Of a DNA stretch of 64,000 nucleotides, positions 55,955 through 64,000 are shown piece after piece. How positions within the stretch are numbered: position 1 is the first letter of the stretch; the number at the start of each line of letters is the position of its first letter. The notes below the pieces were generated by a model that was given only the letters and a program-made list of their open reading frames with translations, had not been told where the DNA came from and did not search any database. Source of the DNA: an uncultured Actinomycetes bacterium (lineage in GTDB: Bacteria; Actinomycetota; UBA4738; HRBIN12); NCBI GenBank assembly GCA_963758715.1, contig CAVWWK010000004.1:225404-289403 (forward strand), read 5' to 3'. A program made the position numbers and the translations under genes.

Positions 55955-57146
55955 ATGACGTCTCGTGAGTGGCTCGACGTGATGCTCGTGGTGCTGCTCG
56001 CCGCCGCCCTCTCTCGGGGTACCGGCGCGGCGCCGTCCTCCAGGTGTTCGGATCGGCGGCCTGCTGGTCGGCGTGGCGGCCGGGCATGGCCATCGCACCG
56101 AGCGTCGCCGGCTTCGCCGAGTCCCCCGCGAGCGGCGGCCTTCGTGCTCGGCCGCGGTGCTGGTCGCGGCGGCCATCGGGAACATGCTCGGGTATGGCCG
56201 GATCGTGGCTGCGTCCGCGTGACGCGCAAGACCCCCCTGCGCCGCGCCGACGCGCTGGGCGGCTCCGCCCTGTCCGCGGCGTTCCTGCTGCTCGCCGACT
56301 GGTTCCTGGCGCTGAACCTGGCGAGGGCCCCTTCCCCGGGTGGCGCGAGGGGTCCGCGAATCGCGATCGTGCAGACGCTGGACGCCACGCTCCCACCGCC
56401 GCCCTCGCTCCTGGCGAGGCTGGGGCGGGTGCTGACGCTGCTCGGGTTCGCCGACGTGTTCATCGGACTCCCGGCGTAGCCCGCCGATCCGGTCGATCCG
56501 CCCACGGGCGCCGAAGCGGTCGCCGCCGCGCAGGCGGCCGAGGGGTCAGCACGGTCGAGGTGGCCGCGGAGGGATGCTTCCAGGGGTTCATGAATCAAGG
56601 GAGCGGGTTCGTCGTCGCCGCACGGCCTCGTGGTCACGAACGCCCATGTCGTGGCCGGCACCGAACGGCAATGGGTCCACGTCCGAAGGCGACACGGCGG
56701 GGCCACGGTGGTCGTCTTCGACCCGGACCTCGACATCGCCCTGCTGCACGTGCCCGACCTCGATCTCGCGCCGCTCCCGCTGCTCGCGGGCGAGGCGAGG
56801 CGAGGCGGTGCCGGGGCGCGTCCTCGGGTATCCCGAGCGGCGGACCCCTCACGCGCAAGCCGCCGCGGCGATCAGGGCGGTGATCGAGCCGGTCGGCCGC
56901 AACATCTACGGCGAGGGTCAGGTGCAGCGCCGGCGTACCTACGAGATGCAGGCGGCATCCACCGGGGCAACAGCGGCGGCCCGTTCGTGCTCCCGAGCGG
57001 CAGGGTCGCCGGCGTGGTGTTCGCGAACTCGGTGGTCGCCGACGGCGTGGGCTACGCGATCGTCTCCACGACAGGTGGTGCCGAAGCGTCGCGGAGGGTC
57101 GGCGACGAGGAACCGGCGCGGCGTGACCGGATCGTGCACGGGCTGA
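55955..57146 (+). CDS. MarP-like membrane serine protease (CvpA-like N-terminal TM domain plus trypsin-like S1 domain), several frameshifts.
   Basis: MTSREWLDVMLVVLLAAALSRG...; VVTNAHVVAG, DIALLHV, GNSGGP; ends ...GVTGSCTG, resembling the MarP C-terminus. Confidence 0.55.
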
Positions 57147-57149
57147 GGA

Positions 57150-58055
57150 GCCGTCAGCTCCTCGACCAGATCGAAGCCGGTCGAGCGGACCCCGGGCCGC
57201 AGGACGCGCCATCCATCCCCGGGATCCGGCAGGCGGAACCGCGACGCCTCTCGAACGCGAGCAGGGTCGGACCCGCAGCCCGAGACGCACACGGGGACAC
57301 GCGTGGACCGGAGCGCGTCGAAGAGCTCCTTCACGGCCGGCACGAGCGCCAGGCGGACGTCCTGATGCAGCCGGTCCTGCAGCGCATCGGCGATACAGGC
57401 CGGGATCGTCGCGTCAGCGGCCTCGCACCATCAGCGCTGCGTGCGCCGCGTTGAAGACGGCGTCCGGCCCTCGGGACCAGACGGCGGGCAGGACCGCGCG
57501 CGCCTCGGCGGTGGGGAGCCGGACGCCCGTCGGCACGAGCAGCGACCGGCCGAAGATCCGGATGCGGGTCGAGACGATGGACGGCTCCTTCCGGCGGCGC
57601 GATCGTGAACCCTCCGAAGCGCGCCGGCGCCGCGTTGTCGGGATGCCCCTCGATCTCGCCGGCCAGCCGCGACCGGGTGAAGGTCGTGCCCGATCGGCGG
57701 GTCGAGCCCGTCGATCGACCCGCGGAGCAGGCGCGAGCGCCAGCGACCACCCCGGCCACCGCCGCGGCCGAGGACGAGCCGAGGCCCCGCTCGAGCGGGA
57801 TCGCGGTTCACGCCGTGGATCCGCAGCGGGGGCGACGCCAGGCCGTGGCCGACCCGACCCTGGACGATCGTCTCGCTGACCAGGTCCGAGCCGTCGGTCG
57901 GAAGCTCGTCCGCGCCTTCGCCTTCCCAGGTGACTCCGGGCTCGGCGTCGGTGTCGATCGTGACCTCGTTGCACAGGTCGAGCGCGAGCCCGAAGCAGTC
58001 GAAGCCCGGCCCGAGGTTGGCCGAGGTCGCGGGGACGCGGACGGTCGACGCGCAT
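57150..58055 (-). CDS. thrB: Homoserine kinase, heavily frameshifted. The 3' end is approximate.
   Basis: ATG right after the thrC stop. ...VRVPATSANLGPGFDCFGLALDL..., ...EIEGHPDNAAPARFGGFTIA, ...PDAVFNAAHAALMV, ...VCVSGCG. Confidence 0.55.
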
Positions 58056-58076
58056 CGTGCGCGCGAGCCTACCCGG

Positions 58077-59105
58077 TTAGAGGCCGAGCTCGCCCGCGAC
58101 CGCCGCCGGCGTCGGGCGGCACCGCCGGTCGGATGCGCCGGCGCCGGCGATCGCCCACTCCGGGTCCTTCAGCCCGTGCCCGGTGAGGACGCAGACGACC
58201 GTGGCGCCCCGGCGGGAGCGACGCCCTCGGCGTGCAGGTGCAGCAGCCCGGCCACGCTCGCGGCGCTGGCCGGCTCGGCGAACAGGCCCTCGTGGGCGAC
58301 CCGGCGGTAGGCGGCCAGGATCTCCCGGTCGGTGACGGCCGCGATCGCCCCCTCGGACTCCCGGGCCGCGGCGACCGCCTTGTCCCACGACGCCGGGTTC
58401 CCGATGCGGATCGCGGTCGCGATCGTCTGCGGGTCCGTCACGGGCTCGCCGCGCACGATGCGGCGCGGCACCCTGCGCCTGGAATCCCATCAGCTGCGGG
58501 GGCTCGGCGATGATCGCCGTCGGCGAGGTACTCGGAGTAGCCGATCCAGTGGCTGGAGATGTTGCCGGCGTTGCCGACGGGGACGCAGTGGATGTCGGGC
58601 GCCCGGCCGAGCGCGTCGACGATCTCGAACGCGCCGTCTTCTGGCCCTGCAGCCGGTAGGGGTTCACGCAGTTCACGAGCGTGACCGGGTACCGATCCGC
58701 CAGGTCCCTGGCCAGCTCCAGCGACTCGTCGAAGTTGCCCTCCACCTCGAGGACCCGCGCGCCGTGCACGAGCGTCTGGGCCATCTTCCCCATCGCGACC
58801 TTGCCCTTGGGCACGAGCACCGCGCACGTGAGCCCCGCCTTGGCGGCGTAGGCCGCCGCGCTGGCGCTCGTGTTGCCCGTCGAGGCGCACACGACGGCCT
58901 TCGCGCCTTCCTCGAGCGCCTTGGAGATCGCCAGCGTCATGCCACGGTCCTTGAACGAGCCGGTCGGGTTCGCCCCGTCGTACTTGAGCCACACGTCGCA
59001 GCCGGTCTCCTCGGACAGCGGCCTCGGATCGAACGAGCGGCGTGCCGCCTTCGCCCAGCGTGACGACCGGCGTGGACGCCGTCACCGGCAGACGTTCGCG
59101 GTACT
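58077..59105 (-). CDS. thrC: Threonine synthase (about five frameshifts).
   Basis: [44 protein letters not shown] (the PLP lysine), [45 protein letters not shown]. Confidence 0.8.
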
Positions 59106-59158
59106 CCTCGATCACGACCGCGCCACTGGTGCGCCGCGGGGCATCGGACCGTCGGCGC

Positions 59159-60463
59159 TCACGACTCCTCGCCCTCGACCCGGAGCACGCTCGCGACCGA
59201 GCGCACGGCGTCGGACTCGCGGAGCTCCTGCAGGGTCTTCTGCAGGGCGCCCTCCTGGGCCCGGTGGGTGATGAACACGAGCGTCGCCTCGTCGCCGAAT
59301 CCCTCCTGCCAGACGCGTTCGATCGAGACGCCGTTGTGGCCGAAGTCGCCCGGCGATCTCGGCGAGCACCCCCGGGCGGTCGGCGACGTGGAGGTTGAGG
59401 TAGTACTGCCCCTGGCGTGTCGTCCATCGGACGGATGCGTCGATCGAGCGCGCACGTGCAGCCCATCGCCCGCCCGCCGTTCACGCAGGTTGCGGGCGGC
59501 CGAGACCAGGTCGCCGACGACCGCCGAGTCGCGGTCGCGTCGCCCCCGGCGCCGGGCCCGTAGAACATCAGCTGGCCCACCTTGCTCGCCCTCGACGAAC
59601 ACCGCGTTGAACGCGTCGCGCACCGAGGCGAGCGGATGCGCGAGCCGGGATCATCGCGGGGTGGACGCGGGCGCAGATCTCCTCGTCCTCGAGCTCGGCG
59701 ATCGCGAGCAGCTTCACGACGTAGCCCATGCGCGTCGGCGTCGGCGATGTCCTGCGCGGTGACGTTCGCGATGCCCTCGCGGTAGACGTCGCCGGCCACG
59801 ACCCGGGAGTTGAAGGCGATCGACGCGAGGATCGCGCACTTGGCGGCGGCGTCGTAGCCCTCGACGTCGGCGGTGGGATCGGCCTCGGCGTAGCCGAGCG
59901 TCTGCGCCTCGGCGAGCGCCTCGTCGAACGACCACCCGTGCTCGGACATCTGGGTGAGGATGAAGTTCGTGGTGCCGTTCACGATGCCGAACATCCGCGT
60001 GACGCGCTCGCCGGCGAGCGACTCCTTCAGGGGCCGGATCAGCGGGACCCCTCCGGCGACCGAGGCCTCGAACAACAGGTCGCGATCGGCGGCGTCGGCG
60101 GCGTCGAACACGTCCTTGCCCGGCGTTCGCGAGCAGCTCCTTGTTCGCGGTCACGACCGGCTTGCCGTTCGCGAACGAGCGCAGCAGGAGCGAGCGCGCG
60201 CGGGCTCGACCCCGCCGATCAGCTCGCAGATCACGTCGACGTCCGGGATCATCGACGATCGAGACCCCGTCGGTCGTGAAGGCCTCGCGCGGGACGGGCA
60301 CGTCGCGGTCGCGGTCGAGATCGCGGACGGCGACGCGCGTGACCTCGACGCGGCAGCCCGCGCGCAGCGCGATGTCGTCGGCGTGCTCGTGCAGCATGCG
60401 GATCACCGCGCTTCCGACGGTGCCGCATCCCAGCATGCCCACCGTGATCGTGCGTTCGCTCAT
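59159..60463 (-). CDS. hom: Homoserine dehydrogenase with a C-terminal ACT domain (several frameshifts).
   Basis: MSERTITVGMLGCGTVGSAV, ...FGIVNGTTNFILTQM..., ACT tail ...ITHRAQEGALQKTLQELRESDAVRSVASVLRVEG. Confidence 0.8.
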
Positions 60464-61010
60464 GTTCCCGTTCCCCCACGATCCTCGGCCCCGGGCCCGA
60501 TCCAGGCCGCCATCAGTATCTCGTCCTCGTCACCGTAGGACTTGCGCGAGTGCCGCGACAGCCGACCCTCCTGCTGGAACCCGAACCTGCGGTAGAGCGC
60601 GATCGCCCCCGTGTTGTGCGGGTAGACCGACAGCACGATCTTGTCGACGCCCACCGCCCGGGCCCATCCGATCGCCTCGGCGAGCAGGGCCGAGCCCGAT
60701 CCCACGGCCCCGTCGATCGGCGGCGACCGCGATCCCGAGCGTCGCGACGTGCCTGGTGACCGGATGGTGCTCGCGCTGGGCGTACACGTGGCCGACCACC
60801 CTTCCCGTGTCCTCGACCGCCACGATCTGGACCTGATGATCGGTCCAGGGACGCCGGAATCGCGGACCGATAGGCCCGTGCGCGGATGGCGGACCCGCTC
60901 GGTGCGCACGTACCGGCCCTCGGCGACGACGCGGTCCAGAACTCGAGATAGGAGGTCACGTCGCGCGGGCTCGCGGGGCGGATCGTGATGCCGTCGGGGA
61001 GGCGGCGGCG
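60460..61010 (-). CDS. GNAT-family N-acetyltransferase (frameshifted; the 5' end is approximate).
   Basis: ...VVGHVYAQRE...LGIAVAADRRGRGIGSALLAEAIGWARAVGVDKIVLSVYPHNTGAIALYRRFGF. ATGA overlap with the hom start. Confidence 0.55.
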
Positions 61011-62270
61011 TGACCCGCGGGGGGACGTGCGCCTCCAGGTTCTCGAGGTCGCCCTCGTCCTCGCGCCGCAGCCAGAGGGTCGCGACCGCGTCCCGCACGC
61101 CGATCGACAGCGGGCCGCCCGACGCTGTTGTAGGTGCTGGCGAGCGAGTACGTGTAGGCGCCGGTCGCGGCGAACGCGAGCAGGTCGCCCGGCCCGACGT
61201 CGCCGGCAGCAGCACGTCCTCGGCGAGGGTGTCGCCGGACTCGCAATGCCGGCCGACGATCGGTGAACGTCGACGAGGCTCGCCCGACGCCGCGACCGCC
61301 GAGACCGTGTAGCGAGCGTCGTAGAGCATCGGGCGGGGGTTGTCGGACATGCCGCCGTCGACCGCGAGGAGCATGCGGCCGCCGCGCCACCTGCTTGCGC
61401 GAGCCCACGCGGTACAGGGTGACGCCGGCGTTCGCGACCAGTGACCGCCCGGGCTCGACGACGAGCTGCGGCACCGGGAGCCCGTGGTCGGCGCACAGCG
61501 TCTCGAGCCGGTCGCGCGAGCACGTCCGCGAGCCGCGCCGATCCGCAAGCGCTGTCTCGTCGGTGTAGGTGACGCCGAACCCTCCGCCGACGTCGAGCAC
61601 GGTCGCGACCGAGCCGATCTCGTCCCGGATGCCGCGAGCAGCGTCACCAGGCGCTCGAGCGAACGCAGGTAGGGTTCGTCGTCCAGGAGCTGCGAGCCGA
61701 TGTGCGCATGCACGCCCTCGAAGCGCACGCCCGGCATACCCGATCGCCTCCCGCACCACGGCCGGGGCGTCCGCCAACGACGTGCCGAACTTGGACGCGT
61801 CGTGCCCGGTCGCGATCGCCTCGTGCGTCTGGACCTCGACCTCGGGCACGACCCGGAGCAGGATCGGCTGGACCCGGTGCTTCGCGCGCGCCATGCGAAT
61901 CGAGCCGTTCGAGCTCCGCGCCGTTGTCGACGATCACCAGCGAGAGGCCCGAGTCGACCGCGAGCTCGAGCTCGTCGTCGGACTTGTTGTTGCCGTGCAG
62001 CACGATGCGGGAGGCCGGGGCGCCGGCACGCAGGCACGCCTCGACCTCGCCGCCGGTGGACGCGAGCAGGTCGAGCCCCTCGTCGAGCGCGAGCCGCACG
62101 ACGGCATGCGCGGTGAACGCCTTGACCGCGTAGCAACACGCGGGGGAACCGCGCGCGCACGTCGCGGGCACGCGCTCGGATCTCGTCCTCGTCGAACACG
62201 ACGAGCGGCGTCCCGAAACGGGCGGCGAGCGCGGTCGCGGCCAGGCCCCCGAGCTCGAGGCCCGTCGGGA
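60990..62270 (-). CDS. lysA: Diaminopimelate decarboxylase (several frameshifts; both ends approximate).
   Basis: VFDEDEIRARARDV, YAVKAFTAHAVVRLALDEGLDLLASTGGE, RIVLHGNNKS, HAHIGSQL, ...EPGRSLVANAG... Confidence 0.75.
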
Positions 62271-62336
62271 CCGGTGCGGGCCGACCGCGGCCACGGAGGA
62301 GACGACGATGCGTCCGGAGAGGCCCCGGCCGCCCGC

Positions 62337-64000
62337 TCAGTCATCGGTGCGTTCCATCGACTCGGGGGCCGACACGCCCACGATGCCGAGGAGGTTCGCG
62401 ATGACCTGCTTCGTGGCGGCCGACGAGCCAGAGCCGGGCCGCGATCAGGTTCTCGTCGTCGGCGGCCAGGACCGGGCACGACGTGTAGAAGCGGTGGAAC
62501 CGCGCCGGCGAGGTCCTGCAGGCGCGTGGGTCAGGCGATGGGGAGCACGCAGGTCGGCCGCCATCGCGATCTGCGCCGGGAGCATCGGCGAGCCCACGCA
62601 GCAGCTGGAGCTCGGCCTCGTGCGTCAGCACGGTGAGATCGACGTCCTCGACGGGCGCGAGCTCGACGCCCTGGTCGGCGGCCTTGCGGAGCAGCGACGC
62701 GATCCGTGCGTGCCCGTACTGCACGTAGTAGACCGGGTTGTCCATCGAGCGTTGCTTCACCGCCTCGATGTCGAAGTTCAGCGCGGCGTCGTTGCCGTAG
62801 AGCAACAGGTGGAACCGGGTCGCGTCGGCGCCCGACCTCGTCGAGCAGCTCGTCCAGCGTGATGAAGTTTCCCGAGCGCTTGCCCATGGCGACCGGCTCG
62901 CCGTCGCGCAGGAACGAGACCCACTGGTAGATCAGCATCTCCACGGCGCCGGGGTCATAGCCGAGCGCCTGCGCCGCGCCCTTGACCCGCGCCACGTCGC
63001 CATGGTGGTCGGCGCCCCACACGTACACGAGGTGGTCGAACCCGCGGGAGAACTTGTCGATGACGTAGGCGCAGTCGGCCGCGAAGTACGTGTGCCGTCC
63101 GTTGGATCTGATCACAACCCGGTCCTTGTCGTCGCCGTATTCGGTCGACCGGAACCACACCGCGCCCTCGGCGTCGTAGACCTTGCCGGCGTCGCGCAGG
63201 CGCTCGACCGCCGCGTCGATCTCGCCCTTGCGCGCCAGCTCGGCCTCGCTGAAGAACACGTCGAACCGCACGCCGAACCGTTCCAGCGTGGCTTCGATCC
63301 AACCGAGGACGCGGCGAACGGCTTCCTCGCGGATCCGCACGAGCCGATCGGGGTCGGGCAGATCGGCCAGCCCGGCGCCCTCGTCGCTCAGGATGTCCTC
63401 GGCGAGCCCGGCGATGTAGTCACCGTGATAGCCGTCGTCGGGGACCTGGGCCTCGCGACCGACCAGCTGCAGGTACCGCGCTTCGACCGAGGCGACCGAA
63501 CCGGTCCATCTGCCCGCCCGCGTCGTTGAAGTAGTACTCGCGCTCGACCGTGTGACCCGGAGGCCTCGAACAGGCGGGCAACGGCATCGCCGATCGCGGC
63601 GTTGCGCGCGTGGCCGAGGGTGAGCGGACCGGTCGGGTTCGCGCTCACGAATTCCACCTGGACCTTCTCGCCGGTCGGCGCCGCGCGGCCGTACGCCGTC
63701 GCCGTCGGCCACGATCCGCCGCAGCGTGTCGTGCAGCCACGTGTCGGTGGTGAACACGTTCAGGAATCCGGGGCCGGCGACCTCGACCTTCTCGACGAAG
63801 GGAACCCGGGGAAGCGCGTCGGCGATGGCCTGGGCGACGTCGCGCGGGGGGGCGCCCGCCCGCTTGGCGAGCGCGAGCGCGACGTTCGTCGCGAAGTCCC
63901 CGTGGTCCTTCTGCTTGGGTGCCAAGAGCTCCGGCGTGGGCAGGTCTCCGTCGATCCCGAGGCCCGGCGCCGCCGTCGCGAGGCCCTCGCCGAACCAGGA
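62337..64000 (-). CDS. argS: Arginine--tRNA ligase. The N-terminus is beyond the window end, and there are frameshifts.
   Basis: ...[20 protein letters not shown]..., ...[15 protein letters not shown]..., [18 protein letters not shown]-terminal ...[13 protein letters not shown]. Confidence 0.85.

Overview
This 64 kb window is high-GC (about 70%) and almost every gene is on the minus strand. The content and gene order are those of an actinobacterial core chromosome region, read on the minus strand as: argS-lysA-(GNAT)-hom-thrC-thrB, an accessory insert, rho-rpmE-(DUF1385, DivIVA-domain)-prfA-prmC-tsaC-(LMW-PTP)-rpiB-glyA-wecA-potADBC, the complete F1Fo ATP synthase operon atpZ/I-B-E-F-H-A-G-D-C, murA. 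Continuing to lower coordinates: a CPBP protease, then a tightly overlapping SCP2-ADH-SCP2-membrane protein-PrsW-meaB-acyl-CoA mutase string, a cbiM-PDGLE-cbiQ-cbiO cobalt/nickel ECF transporter convergent with a Fur-family regulator, NmrA-like/enoyl-CoA hydratase, two tiny zinc-ribbon proteins, a pabB-pabC fusion, mnmA, ligA, gatCAB (split by an opposite-strand EamA gene), an MFS transporter, a Rieske ferredoxin/ferredoxin-reductase pair, and serC-like/serA. No rRNA, tRNA, CRISPR array or mobile element was recognised. Most unusual is the insert between thrB and rho: a cyclic-2,3-diphosphoglycerate synthetase-like gene whose stop overlaps the start of a 2-phosphoglycerate kinase, followed by an Fsa-type aldolase. 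This is an extremolyte pathway known from hyperthermophilic methanogens. A conserved 15-bp motif (CTTGCA-NN-TGCAACG) sits upstream of both the Fur-family gene and the cbi operon. Small intergenic signals: a CRP-like TGTGA-N6-TCAC site upstream of the atp operon and a 4x13-bp tandem repeat upstream of the EamA gene. atpC carries an in-frame TGA at codon 12, and MurA has Asp in place of the fosfomycin-target Cys. Coordinates above about 37 kb carry many single-base indels at homopolymers that break essential genes (prfA, rho, thrC, hom, lysA, argS and others), so these are almost certainly assembly errors rather than pseudogenes. Gene boundaries there are approximate.
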